From assembly GCA_964016885.1 (NCBI GenBank), contig OZ024740.1, forward strand, positions 274,598,001 through 274,662,000: 64,000 bases of DNA, written 5' to 3'. This document shows, in pieces, positions 1 to 15,500 of this stretch; within the stretch, counting starts at the first letter, position 1; each line of letters starts with the position of its first letter. Below the pieces are notes generated by a model. It had not been told where the DNA came from. It ran no database searches and worked only from the letters and a program-made list of their open reading frames with translations. A program made the position numbers and the translations under genes. This DNA is from Eledone cirrhosa (Eukaryota).

Positions 1-335
1 ATTTATGGTTATGTAAATACAAAACCCCAAGCAGTTGTAAGTATTTTACACACACCCTAAATAGTGGTAGGCAGTAATGTATTTACTACCTTATTACCAG
101 TAAGTTAAGTAGCTCAATGTAAAAACATCAAATGATTTACAGAGCAGTTATATGAAATATATGGATCAAAGAACTGCTCAAAACATTATATTATAATGTT
201 TTGAGCAGTTCTTTAATTCTTATATTTCATATAGATACATATATATATACATACATATATAATATATATACATATATAATATATATACGTATATAATATA
301 TATACATATATAATATATATACATATATATACATA

Positions 336-3300
336 CCACTGCACAAACTCCCATTGCTGCCATTAACAAACAAACAAATTAACAACACACCAAAACAATT
401 AAAACCATCCACTCTCGCCTCTACATTTTTGCTTAACGCCCAAGGCATCAGCCCTTCCACCAATACTCAAAAATGGAAGATCAAATTCCTGGAGGACTGG
501 ATTGATGTCCATCCAAACCACATCCCTTTCTTCGTCCTCACTGAAACCCATCTCAGTAACCTCCACTTGGAAGCCGAGGTGAAAGTGAAAAATTTCAAAG
601 CCATCCGTGCTGATCGCGCTGGCAGAAGAAAGGGCGGAACTGCCATTTATGTCCATAATTCTTTCTCAACAGAGGCTATGAACATATTCACTAATGGATA
701 CTGTGAGGCAGTCACTGTATTCAGTCAAACCAACAACCTATTAGTAGTTGGGCTCTATAGGCCACCCCAAACGCCTGTACCATGCTTCAAGGAATGCCTC
801 AACAGCATAAAGTGTTTCATCCAAGAGTGTCACCCTGACAACATCTTAATGATGGGGGGACTTCAACCTCCCCGGAGTTGACTGGTCCACAAACACCCTG
901 CCACCAGGTTCTTCTGCCTCAACCTCTGACAGGGAAGCTGTGGAATCACTTCTTGACTTCATGGATGATTTCTTCCTATCCCAACTAGTGCTCGAACCAA
1001 CGAGGTGCCACAAAAACGTCCTAGACTTAATTTTCAGCAATCACACTGACAATATCCACAATATTGCAGTGGAGAAAACTCTACTCTCTGATCATGACAT
1101 GGTTCTCTGTGATCTGAGATTCCACCGTCCAATATACAAACCCAATGTCATCTCTCCTGTCCATCCGTTTGACGCTATGGATTTCCACAATGCAAACTGG
1201 GAAGCGATCAGTCATGATCTTGCACATGTCGACTGGTCCTTCACGCACACTCATACACCCACTAACATCAAAAAGTCCTGGCAGACATTTGTGGACACTG
1301 TTACAAACATATGTGCTAAACACACCCCATTAAGAACTATAAACAAATCTAAGAGCAGAATCCCTAGAAATAGAAAAACGCTCATCAGAAAAATTAAGAG
1401 AACGAACAAAAAAATCAACAAGCTGAAATACTGTCAGCAGCAACACATCAACTTGACTGCCATTTCATCACTAGAGATTAAAAAACATAACCTCCAAAAC
1501 AACATAATGTCCCTCATCAACAATCAGAGAAGAGCTGAAGAGGCCTGGGCCATTGAGAAGATCAAACTCAATCCCAAAGTGTTCTTTTCATTTGCAAAAA
1601 AACACAAAATCACTGGCTCTACTGTTGGCCCTCTAATTGATGAAAATGGCACTCTTCAAGACAATGCTAAAACCATGGGTGAGATACTGCAGAAACAATA
1701 CTGCTCTGTTTTCAGCAATCCTGATATGGCCGATCTGGGCTGTATCGGCGATGTTACTCCCCATTACACCTTATCGGACATAACGTTTGGCGCCCCTGAT
1801 GTCTTGGCGGCAATAAAGGAAATCAAGCATAATTCAGCAGTAGGTCCCGATAGGTTCCCTGCTTGTGTCCTGAAGGCGTGTCAACACCAACTTGCTTCTC
1901 CTCTTGCCAATCTGTGGCGGAACTCACTGGATGCTGGATATGTGCCAGAAAACCTTCTATCCCAGTCTGTTGTCCCAGTTTTCAAAAAGGGAAACAAATC
2001 CCATGCCGTGAATTACCGTCCAATCTCACTCACCTCTCATATCATTAAGGTATTTGAGCGAGTGGTGAGATCGCGAATGACCCACTTCCTTGAGAGTAAC
2101 AATATGCTGAACTCCAACCAGCATGGATTCCGTAATGGAAGGGATTGCCTGACGCAACTACTGCATCACTTTGATGACATTTTGAGAGCCTTGGGAGAGG
2201 GTTCCAACACTGATGTTATCTACCTTGATTTCAGCAAGGCCTTTGACAGGGTTGATCATAACATTCTACTGAGAAAGCTGTCCAATATTGGTGTCACTGG
2301 AAAGCTGCTGCAGTGGATCAAGAGCTTCCTGTCAAACAGAACCCAACATGTTGTAGTTGAGGGAGTCAAATCAAGCCCAGCCAAAGTCAGTAGTGGAGTC
2401 CCACAAGGCACTGTGTTGGGCCCACTTCTCTTCATCATCTATATTAATGACATCACTGACATCATCAAACACAGCAACATTAAAATTTTCGCTGATGATT
2501 CCAAGCTCCAAAAGGTCATCAATGGCGTGGATGACCGGATAAGCCTTCAGTCAGACCTACTGGCTGTTACCCAATGGGCAGAAAAGAACAACATGTTACT
2601 GAACGAGGACAAATTCGAACTGATCCACTTTGGAAAAGAGGATGCTCTGAAACTCCCGTACTCCCTTCCCTCCGGGGAATCTCTCGTGGCATCTAACAAC
2701 ATCAGAGACTTGGGAGTAACCGTGGACAGCAACATAAGCTGGACCACGCATATAAGCAGCAAAGTTGACATGGCCCGCAGAATGTGTTCCTGGATCCTCA
2801 GAACCTTCCAGTCGAGAGATTCCCGCACCATTATCCTTCTCTTCTCTACTTTCGCCCGACCACACCTTGAATACTGTTGTCCACTGTGGTCTCCCCACAC
2901 GAAACAAAGTATCATGAAACTTGAAGCTCCTCAAAGGGCAATCACGAAAAAGATAGATGGCATGTCAGACCTTGACTACTGGGGTCGATTGGAAAACCTG
3001 AAACTTTACTCACTCCAACGTCGCCGTGAGCGTTATATTATCTGCATGATGTGGAAAATGTTCCATCATCACTGCCCAAATGATGTTGGCATCGCCTTCA
3101 AGATACACCCAAGGCTTGGGCCCCGTGCTATCCGTCCCATTCAAAAATCTAAATCGCAACTCATAACAACAATACGGCACAATTATTTCACCTCAATCGG
3201 CCCTGCTCTCTTCAACATCACACCAGGACACGTCAAAACAGAAACTGACCACTCAAAATTCAAGAAGTCTTTGGACAAATTCCTCCAAGTAATCCCGGAC

Positions 3301-3451
3301 AAACCACCCACACCCGGATATGTCTCCGCAAACAGTAATTCTCTTCTCGAATGGGCCATGGTGCCCAAATCCTGAATTGAAAGACTTCGCCAGGTGGTGC
3401 TATTAAGTTAGACATGGCCTGGGCCAATACTGGCCAAAACATTTCAAAGTT
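336..3451 (+). mobile_element. Non-LTR retrotransposon (CR1/L2-group LINE), APE endonuclease + RT, inserted in (TA)n
   Basis: APE motifs LNAQG, LTETH, GGTAIYV, GLYRPP, LDLIFSN, SDH; RT motifs [40 protein letters not shown]. Short 3' UTR; TA arrays on both sides; no ORF1 visible. Confidence 0.93.
354..3375 (+). pseudogene. LINE ORF2 (EN-RT, ~1000 aa) split by one frameshift in a G6 run at ~854-859
   Basis: Removing one G from ATGGGGGGACTTCAAC gives MGDFNLPGVDW, the canonical APE GDFN motif, and joins ORF 354..881 to ORF 940..3375. Confidence 0.88.
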
Positions 3452-3505
3452 ATATATACAGACATATGTATACATATATATATATATACATACATATATA
3501 TATAT

Positions 3506-3554
<49 letters not shown>

Positions 3555-3589
3555 CATATACATATATACATATATATACATACATATAA

Positions 3590-3620
<31 letters not shown>

Positions 3621-3631
3621 CATATATATAC

Positions 3632-3664
<33 letters not shown>

Positions 3665-3819
3665 CATACATATATATATATATACATATATATACATACA
3701 TATATATACATGTATATATATGTACATATATATGTAAGTATGTTTTGATATATATATTTACATACCTACATATATATATACATACATATATACATATATA
3801 TACATACATACATATATAC

Positions 3820-3911
<92 letters not shown>

Positions 3912-3978
3912 GTATATATATATACATATGTATCATTAAAAAAAAAGTATATATACATACATATATATATATACTTAC

Positions 3979-4025
<47 letters not shown>

Positions 4026-4029
4026 CTTA

Positions 4030-7000
4030 CATCATCATCATCATCATCATCAACGTTTAACGTCCGTGTTCCACGCTTGCATGGGTTTGGACGGGGGTTT
4101 TTCCACTTGAGGCAAGAGTGATTGTCTTGCTCCCATAGGACTGACTGGCAGGTTTTCTACAGTTGGATGCCCTTCCTAACACCAACCACATTTACAGTGT
4201 GGGTCTGGGAGGTTTTTACCGTGTTGCCTACACGGCCACATTACAGCGTGGACTGTGTGTTTTTTTTGTCGTGACACCTACACGATCTCATTTGTTTCGG
4301 CCTGGATGGCGCGGCACCAACATAACTTTACATAGAACGGGGTGGTGTGGATGGGGTGGGGGTGGTGGGACGGGGTGTATTTTGTTAGAGATGCCTACTG
4401 GCTGTAGTAGGTTTTACTATGTATTTAGGTAAGGCGGGTCTTCTCTGTTACTGAGTACCGCCAAAGGTCTCGGTCCAGTGACATTGTCTTGGAGAGGTGT
4501 AAGTGTGTGAGGTCGGAGTTTATCAGCTCGTCCCAGGTTTTTCTAGGTCTGCCTATTCCGTGGCTACCGTCTATCTTTATTGCCCTGCACTTTGTTATAC
4601 AGCTATCGATTTTCATGCGCATCACGTGTCCATACCAACGTAGCCTTCTCTCGAGTAAACAACATCTGATCCCTCTTATTTCTAATTTTTTCCTTAGTTC
4701 GTTTATGCTTTGCCGTTCACGTATATTACTGTTACACATCCAGCGGAGCATGCCAGCTTTGTTCCTCTCTAGTCTGCGTATATCCTCTGCACACAATGCC
4801 CAGGTCTCACTGCCATGCAACATTACTGTTCGTATGCAGGCATCATACAACCTGCCTTTCATTTTTAGGGATAACCCTTTAGCAGCTAATAGTGGTATAA
4901 GCTCTCTGAACTTTTTCCAACCAGTTCTGACTCTAGCTACTGTACTTTCAGAGCACCCTCCCCCACTGCTGATTTTGTCGCCCAGGTAACGGAAGCTGTC
5001 CACTATTTCTATAGAACCCCCTGCGCAATTGAAAGAGCTAGTATTTTCTGGGCACTTGCTGCTACTTATTGCACCAGAGCACCGGCCACATGTAAAATCT
5101 ATGTTCTTAGTTAGCTTACCTGTGATCCCACTACATCTTTTATGCACCCATACTTTGCATTTGGGACATAAAATGTTGTTTCTACCTACGCCTTTCCTAC
5201 ACACTGAGCATGGCCATATCCCAGAGGGGACCGCTGCCTTATTTTCTTTCCTACAAACTAGAACTTTAGTCTTAGCCAGGTTAATTTTAAGTCCTTTTGA
5301 TTCTAGGCCGTCCTTCCATGTTTGGAATTTCTTCTCTAGCTCGGCCATTGATTCAGCTATGAGTGTCAGGTCGTCTGCGTATAGGAGTTCCCATGGGCAG
5401 CCGGTTTTGAACTCCTGTTATAGCCTGAAGGGCAATAATAAATAGTAGGGGGATGAGAACAGAGCCCTGATTGATGCCAACTTTTACGCGAAACTCTTCA
5501 CTATATTCGTTGTTAATTCTAACCTTGCTGACTGTTTCTTTATACATGGCTTGTATAGCTCTCACAAGCCATTCGTCAACCCCTAGTTTTCTAAGAGCCC
5601 ACCAGATAATGGAACGGGGGACTCTGTCGAAGGCTTTCTCCAAGTCGACAAAAGCTAAGTAGAGGGGTTTACCTTTAGCTAGGTACTTCTCCTGTAGTTG
5701 TCGTACAATGAAAAGAGTGTCTGTGGTACTTTTGCCTGACACAAACCCGAACTGCATTTCATCTAGGTCAATTCTCTCTCTGATTAGTTGCGCTATTACT
5801 TTTTCCGTGACCTTCATGACCTGGTCGATTAATTTAATGCCTCTATAGTTACTCCTATCTAGGGCATCTCCTTTACCCTTATAACAGTTAACGATGCTGC
5901 TGCTATGCGAGTCCTTCGGAACAACCCCATTCTGTACGACTTGGTTAACTATGCGGGTGACCATGGTGTATCCCACCGTGCCAGATGCCTTCAGCATCTC
6001 AGCAACTATTTCCGAAGGCCCAGCCACCTTACCCGTCTTCATATCCTTGATTGCCTTACTTATTATACTCCCCTCGACTAACACTGCTGGTACCTCTATT
6101 GGGTCGATGTGGGGGAGACTGTCTTTCTCCCATTTATTCTCCTCATTTAGTAGCCTTTCATAGTGACACTTCCAAGCTACCTTCTTATCAGCGTCGGTGA
6201 TGGCAAGTACGCCGTCATCATTAAGTACACACTTCTCCCCGACAATATCACGGTTTTCCTTGACGCATTGCCTAGCAATCCTGAACACCTCACATTTTTA
6301 ATCCTCGCGTTGTAGAACATGCTTGAAGTTTCTTTCCTCTGCTTCCCTTCTTGCAAAGTACACTTGTCTCCTAGCTTCCCTCCTGGCCACTTGATAGTCT
6401 TCTCTACTTCCCCCATCCCGCCATACTTTCCAAGCCTGCTTTTTGGCCTTAATTGACCCCTCCACCTTACTGTTCCACCACCATGTTACTCTCCTCCTGC
6501 CTAAAGCCTGCTCCAGCCACAGACTTCGTCTGTTGCCATCAGCAGGTTTGCTTTCAGAAATTCCCACTGTCCCTCTATATTGTCCGACTCTAAATGCTCT
6601 TCCTTACTGTCGAAAGCATCAAGTAATATGCTTTGAAATTTATTTCTGGCTGTGGGGTCCTTTAGCCTCCATATTTTTCTCCTGAGGATAGTCCTCTTCT
6701 GCTGTCGAGTACGTCTCGTCCTGACTATGAGGTCGCTAATTATCAGTCTATGTTGGGAGGTGCATTCTTCATGGGGTAGGGATTTAGTGTTTACAACAGA
6801 CACTCTGTCACGTCTTCTGGTAAGGATATAATCTACCTGGCTTGTGTGTTCCCCGGATCTATAGGTGATCAGGTGATTGTCACGTTTTTTGAAGTTAGTG
6901 TTACAGATAGTTAGGTTATTTACGTCACAGAATTCCAGGATTCTGGAGCCTTCCTCATTTCTAGTACCAAACCCATAGCCTCCATGGATTTCGTCGTAGC

Positions 7001-7229
7001 CGTCACAATGTTGTCCAACGTGACCATTTAGGTCGCCTGCAATAATTATATAGTCACTGTCGGTTATTTGGGAGGTAGTGAGCATCAGTGTCTCATAGAA
7101 TCTGTCTTTTATAGTGCCGGGCAGTCCGGATTGGAGTGCGTACGCAGATATTACTGTCACCGTAGTTCTATTGAGGACAAGTTGTATTTTAATTATTCTG
7201 TCGTTCACTCTATTTACGTCTATTATCTT
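4030..7229 (-). mobile_element. RTE-clade LINE, 5'-truncated and frameshifted, with PHD-like Zn finger and (ATG)n tail
   Basis: EN motifs [27 protein letters not shown]; RT motifs NYRGIKL, QFGF, FVDLEKAFD, GINQGSVL, YADD; C4HC3 motif; RRLRWYGH and GRPRKTW. Spread over ORFs 6501-7415, 6298-6567, 5353-6288 and 4425-5348; (CAT)n at 4030-4051. Confidence 0.93.
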
Positions 7230-7477
7230 ATCTGCCCACTTTTCTGCTACCATGATTCCTACTCCACCCAGCCCATCGTCTTTTCCCACATATATATATA
7301 TATACATACATACATATATATACATACATATACATACATACATATACATACATACATATATATATATACATATACATACATACATATATATATATACATA
7401 CATATATATATACATACATATATATATACATACATATATATATATACATACATATATATATACACATACATATATAT

Positions 7478-7796
7478 ATTGTTATACTTTGGGAGAGTCA
7501 TGTTGCCAATAAGAAACACACGCACCAGTTGCTTTCACTTCAATTTATTATAATAAATTTATAAATTTAGGAGTTTATAAATTTCTGGTTGGTTGGTTGG
7601 TTCCACAACCAGATAGTTGTTTATATATAAACAACTATCTGGTTGTGTAACCAACCAATTTATTATAATAAATTGAAGTGAAAGCAACTGGTGCGTGTGT
7701 TTCTTATTGGCAACATGACCCTCCCAAAGTATAACAATATCGGTTTCAACACACGTTTTCAGATAAAGAATCTTGCTAAACAAATACATATATATA
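7478..7796. mobile_element. Palindromic mini-element made of two opposed 3' ends of the PLE at 21782-26374
   Basis: Both arms match 26216-26372; centre TTATATATAA at ~7625; the right arm carries a ~55-nt tail also present at 21790-21840. Confidence 0.9.
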
Positions 7797-8054
7797 TATA
7801 CATATATATATATACAAACATATATATATATATACATATATATATACTTATATATATATATTTTTAATATATATATATACATATATATATATATACATAC
7901 ATACGTGTTAATAAATTCCTTTTAACTGAAATGTATCCATTTAAATACTTCTATATATATATATATATATACATATATATACATATATATACATACATAT
8001 ATATACATACTTATATATATACATACATATATATATATATATATACATATATAT

Positions 8055-8099
<45 letters not shown>

Positions 8100-8188
8100 T
8101 ATATACATACATATATATATATATACATATATATATACATATATATATACATACATACATATATATATATACATACATATATATATAT

Positions 8189-8219
<31 letters not shown>

Positions 8220-8237
8220 CATACATATATATACATA

Positions 8238-8453
8238 TTATCCTTCTATGTTGTTTACTTGTCTCACTCGCTTTACGCGACTCACTTGTCCCAATAGCTT
8301 TTTTTGTTATTGCTCGCACCAACCTGAGGTATATGATTTTTAATGCGATGAAATACGAATGATGGTTAGAAAATCACTGATGAGGGACTAATTTTATAAT
8401 ATGTAACCCATATGCAACCACGCTGTATTCCTCTTTCTTCTCATGTTTTTTTA
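8238..8453 (+). repeat. Diverged fragment of the non-coding repeat at 59158-60334
   Basis: Aligns by eye to 60130-60334 (gtcccaata...ttattgctcgcaccaacc...atcactgatga...atgtaaccca). Confidence 0.8.
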
Positions 8454-8484
8454 TACATATATATATATATATATATATACATAC

Positions 8485-8515
<31 letters not shown>

Positions 8516-8615
8516 CATATATATACATACATATATATATATATACATACATATATATATATATATATATACATACATATATATATATATATATACATAC
8601 ATATATATATATATG

Positions 8616-8660
<45 letters not shown>

Positions 8661-8834
8661 AGATCAAAAGATGGTTAAAGGAGTTCAATATATTTTATTA
8701 TGCGCATTTCAAAAACAAACATCATCAAACAATAATATTTGTGTTTTCATCAGATAAAACAGGAGAACAAACTGTAGAGTGCTTCTTATCCGATATCTGC
8801 ATTGCTTTATTGTACTACAATAAAACTCACCTCC

Positions 8835-8876
<42 letters not shown>

Positions 8877-9093
8877 CATATATATAAGTCCCACCCTTGC
8901 AAGCAGGGAAGAGTGGACATAAAATGAAATGAAATGAAATTTAATATTTATATCTATATATACATATATATATATATATACATATGTCTAACCCATGCTA
9001 GCATGGAAAGTGGACGTTAAACGAAGATGATGATGATATACATACATATATATATATACATACATTATATACATACATACATACATACATACA

Positions 9094-9690
9094 TGGTGGC
9101 TGCCAACTCGTTTTTGAGTACGGCCACCATTTTATATCCATGTAGGAGAACCCCTACCTATGCGCTGAACGAGTGAGACTTTTTAGTCCAGCCAACGACT
9201 TGAAAACTCTGGTACAAACACTACACTTGTGACAATTATTGACACATAGTGCTGGGCCCATGGTACCATGTGACGACAAGTGCAGAGAGATCTCCAGATA
9301 TAAAGCAATGCCTGTGCCGTGAAGCTTTTATAGTGAGCAAAGGCACTGCACAAAGCCAGTCTCACTCTCTTAACCAAGGTGATATTTACCAAAAAGAGGA
9401 ACAAGTCAACATCATTGGATACCATCAGGGTTGCAGCTGTTATATCAGTGTTTTCCATCTCCTAGAATTCTGCCTTGTCAAAGGCTAAGGGGTCATCTCT
9501 CCCGGTGATGTTGGATGGCCATTGACTCTTAAGAGGTCCTTTGCCCTTTGACAGGTTTTGTTTTTAGTCCTGCAGGATGTCCAAAGTCACCCTCCTCACC
9601 AAAAAACCTTGGTGGGTTTGCCAGTTTAGTCGGCAACGACGTCACCATGAGACAGGTTGTACTGGGATACATGTTACCAGTAGCACCAAC
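9094..9690. other. Unclassified GC-richer insert between TA arrays, possibly a retroelement remnant
   Basis: Sharp TA boundaries and complex sequence; no protein motif recognised. Confidence 0.3.
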
Positions 9691-9731
9691 TATATATATA
9701 TATATACATACATATATATATATATATATAG

Positions 9732-9786
<55 letters not shown>

Positions 9787-9849
9787 CATATATATATACA
9801 TATATATACATATATATATACATATATATATACATATATATATATATAC

Positions 9850-9880
<31 letters not shown>

Positions 9881-9881
9881 C

Positions 9882-9914
<33 letters not shown>

Positions 9915-9915
9915 C

Positions 9916-9950
<35 letters not shown>

Positions 9951-9963
9951 CATATATATATAC

Positions 9964-10024
<61 letters not shown>

Positions 10025-10037
10025 CATATATATATAC

Positions 10038-10068
<31 letters not shown>

Positions 10069-10111
10069 CATATATATATACATATATATATATATATACA
10101 TATATATATAC

Positions 10112-10154
<43 letters not shown>

Positions 10155-10213
10155 TATATACATATATATACATATATATATACATATATATATATATATA
10201 CATATATATATAC

Positions 10214-10244
<31 letters not shown>

Positions 10245-10285
10245 CATATATATATGCATATATATACATACATATATGCATATAT

Positions 10286-10318
<33 letters not shown>

Positions 10319-10389
10319 CATACATATATATATACATATATATATATATATATGCATATATATATATATACATATATATATGCATATAT

Positions 10390-10428
<39 letters not shown>

Positions 10429-10615
10429 TATATACATATATATACATACATATATATATACATATATATATATACATATATATATACATATATATATATA
10501 CATATATATATATATACATATATATACATATATATGCATATATATACATACATATATATATATACATATATATATACATATATATATGCATATATATACA
10601 TACATATATATATAC

Positions 10616-10646
<31 letters not shown>

Positions 10647-10739
10647 CATATATATATACATATATATATGCATATATATACATACATATATATATGCATA
10701 TATATACATACATATATATATATACATTCATGTATATAC

Positions 10740-10771
<32 letters not shown>

Positions 10772-10809
10772 GCATATATATATACATATATATACATGTA
10801 TATATGCAT
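9691..10809. repeat. Long interrupted (TA)n/(TATACA)n array, representative of more than 30 such tracts
   Basis: Direct reading. Other large tracts: 3452-4025, 11069-11900, 13426-14290, 28134-28941, 37150-37720, 41940-43330, 51003-51460. Confidence 0.99.
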
Positions 10810-11068
10810 AAGACACTTTATTTCACATTGCTCCAGTTTACTCAGCTGTAGAAATGAGATGATAGGGACTGGGGTCCATATCATTCCACTGTAAAGTGGA
10901 CCTGTAGGCGCCACGGAAAAAAAGCACCCAGCACTCACTGTAAATGAGGTTGGTGTTAGGAAGGGCATCCAGCTGTAGAAATCAAGCCAGAATCAGTTGC
11001 CGTCCCATACCTCGCAAGCAGGGAAAAGCGGACGTAAAATGAAATGATGATGATGATGATGATGATGC
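10810..11068 (+). mobile_element. 5'-truncated SINE with RTE-like 3' end
   Basis: 3' part nearly identical to 52205-52400; (ATG)n tail. Confidence 0.8.
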
Positions 11069-11091
11069 ATATATATATATACATATATATA

Positions 11092-11143
<52 letters not shown>

Positions 11144-11264
11144 TATATATATATATACATAAATATATGCATATATATATATATATGCATATATATTTAT
11201 ATATACATATATATATGCATATATATATATATATGCATATATATATATATACATATATATATGC

Positions 11265-11295
<31 letters not shown>

Positions 11296-11352
11296 TATAT
11301 ACATATATACATATATATATACATATATATATACATATATATATACATATAC

Positions 11353-11401
<49 letters not shown>

Positions 11402-11446
11402 CATATACCTATATATATACATATATACATATATATATACATATAC

Positions 11447-11496
<50 letters not shown>

Positions 11497-11523
11497 ACAT
11501 ATATATATATATACATACATATA

Positions 11524-11555
<32 letters not shown>

Positions 11556-11603
11556 CATACATATATACATACATATATACATATATATATAAATACATAC
11601 ATA

Positions 11604-11667
<64 letters not shown>

Positions 11668-11900
11668 CATATATACATATATATATACATATATATATAT
11701 ATACATACATACATATATATACATACATACATACATATACATACATATACATACATACATATATATATCTACATACATATATAAATATACAGACATATAT
11801 ATATATACATACATATATATATATACATACATATATATATATACAGACATATATATATATATACATACATATATATATATACATACATATATATATATAT

Positions 11901-11975
11901 ATTGTTATACTTTGGAAGGGTCATGTTGCTAATAAGAAACACACGCACCAGAAGTTTTCACTTCAATTTATTATA
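11901..11975 (-). mobile_element. PLE 3'-end fragment (family of 21782-26374) abutting an RTE fragment
   Basis: attgttatactttggaagggtcatgttgctaataagaaacacacgcacca matches 21841-21890. Confidence 0.85.
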
Positions 11976-12848
11976 AGAGAGAAACGGAGAGAATGGAGAG
12001 AAACGTTGGATGTTTAATAGTAATATACGTGAACGGCAAAGCATAAACGAACTAAGGGAGAAATTAGGAATAAGAGGGATCAAATGTTGTTTACTTGAGA
12101 GAAGACTACGTTAGTACGGTCACGTGATGCGCATGAAAGACGAAAGCTGTATAGAAAAGTGCAGGGCAATATAAATAGACGGTAGCCACGGAGTAGGCAG
12201 ACCCAGAAAAACCTGGGACGAGTTGATAAATTCCGACCTCACACACTTACACCTCTCTAAGACAATGTCACTGAACCGAGAGCTTTGGCGCTACACAGTT
12301 ATACAGAAGACCCGCTTTGCCTAAGTTCAAAGCGAAACCTACAGTCGGTAGGCACCTCTAACGAAATACACCCTCGATCCACTACCCCCACCCAATCCAC
12401 ACTACCCCACTAAATGTGAAGTTATGTTGGTACCACGACATCCAGTCCGAATCAAATGAGGTTGTGTAGGTGTCACGACCCCAAAAAAAAAACACACAGT
12501 CCACGCTGTAATGTGGCCGTGTAGGTAACACGGTAAAAACCTCCCAGTCCACACTGTAAACGTGGTTGGTGTTAGGAAGGGTATCCAGCCGTAGAAAACC
12601 CTCTAGACGTGTAGGTGTCACGACAAAAAAACACACAGTCCACGCTGTAATGTGGCCGTGTAGGTAACACGGTAAAAACCTCCCAGTCCACACTGTAAAC
12701 GTGGTTGGTGTTAGGAAGGGTATCCAGCCGTAGAAAACCCGCCAGACAGTCCTTTACAAGCAGGACAACCAATCTTGACTCAGGTGGCAAAACTCCTGTC
12801 CAAACTCATGCAAGCATGGAAGATTGACGTTAAACGATGATGATGATA
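11976..12848 (+). mobile_element. RTE LINE 3' fragment with ~140-bp tandem duplication in the 3' UTR
   Basis: Homologous to 4030-4750 in opposite orientation (GRPRKTWDELINSDL); 12464-12601 is repeated at 12609-12740; (ATG)n tail. Confidence 0.9.
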
Positions 12849-12887
12849 TATATATACATATATATACATACATATATATACATATAT

Positions 12888-13425
12888 ATGGAATAGAATG
12901 AAACGAAATTTCATTTCTCCCTCTTAGTACGACACTTACTTAAATGTAAGTATGTATGTATACGTACATACATATATGTATACAGACGTACAGTAGCATG
13001 TATATATATACATACAGGCACACGTTTCATTCTATTCCATTTATCGTTTTCGGTGCGCCTGGCCGACTGAACTCACTCGATATGCAAATTAGGCTGCTCA
13101 GTCGTTAATTTTCACAAGGAAAGTATATACTTCGGACGTTCAACCATCTGGCAGAAAGGTATACGGTGCTGACGATAGCTAATAAGCTTGAAACTAGTAC
13201 ATCGTTCCTGTGTCAGTGTTGAACAAAAAGGTGACTTGGTTGCCTAAACACTGTACGGCGTAATTCAGGCTGTTTGTTTGTTTACAAACGAACAAACCGA
13301 GCATTATAATAAATGTTCGGTAAACTGATACGTGCATATATGTATGTGTGCCTCTATGTATATATATACATGCTACTGTACGTCTGTATACATATATGTA
13401 TGTACGTATACATACATACTTACAT
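12888..13425 (+). mobile_element. Non-coding HHR-bearing element with nested inverted repeats (PLE pLTR-like)
   Basis: 12944-13023 is the reverse complement of ~13347-13425; 12888-12905 of 13023-13040; HHR inside. Confidence 0.72.
13164..13204 (+). ncRNA. Minimal type-I hammerhead ribozyme
   Basis: CGGTG-CTGACGA-tAGCT aata AGCTt-GAAA-CTAG-TA-CATCG; palindromic stem III, GUA triplet. Confidence 0.8.
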
Positions 13426-13426
13426 A

Positions 13427-13558
<132 letters not shown>

Positions 13559-13580
13559 TATATATATATACATGTACATA

Positions 13581-13614
<34 letters not shown>

Positions 13615-13645
13615 CATGTACATATATATATATATATACATGTAC

Positions 13646-13676
<31 letters not shown>

Positions 13677-13678
13677 CA

Positions 13679-13734
<56 letters not shown>

Positions 13735-14003
13735 TATATACATATATATATATATATACATGTACATATATATATACATATGTACATATATATATATATG
13801 TACATATATATATATACATGGACATATATATATATACATATATACATATATATATACATATATACATATATATATATGTACATATATATATATATACATG
13901 TACATATATATATATACATATATACATATATATATATACATATATACATATATATATATACATATATACATATATATATATACATATATACATATATATA
14001 TAT

Positions 14004-14050
<47 letters not shown>

Positions 14051-14125
14051 TACATATATATATACATATATATATATATACATATATATATATACATATA
14101 TACATATACATATATATATATATAC

Positions 14126-14156
<31 letters not shown>

Positions 14157-14183
14157 CATATATATATACATATATATATATAC

Positions 14184-15041
<858 letters not shown>

Positions 15042-15042
15042 C

Positions 15043-15141
<99 letters not shown>

Positions 15142-15182
15142 TATATATACACATATATATATTTATACACATATATATATAC

Positions 15183-15215
<33 letters not shown>

Positions 15216-15244
15216 CATATATATATATACATATATATATATAC

Positions 15245-15311
<67 letters not shown>

Positions 15312-15500
15312 CATATATATATACATATATATACATATATATATACATATATATATATACATATATATGTAAAGTTATATTTAAAATTGTTGGGTTACAA
15401 CTAGTAAATATTTATAACTGATATAAAAGCACTCGACAAATATTTGGAGTATATTTACAATATTAAATAAATGGAAAACTATATTTATAAAACCATATTT

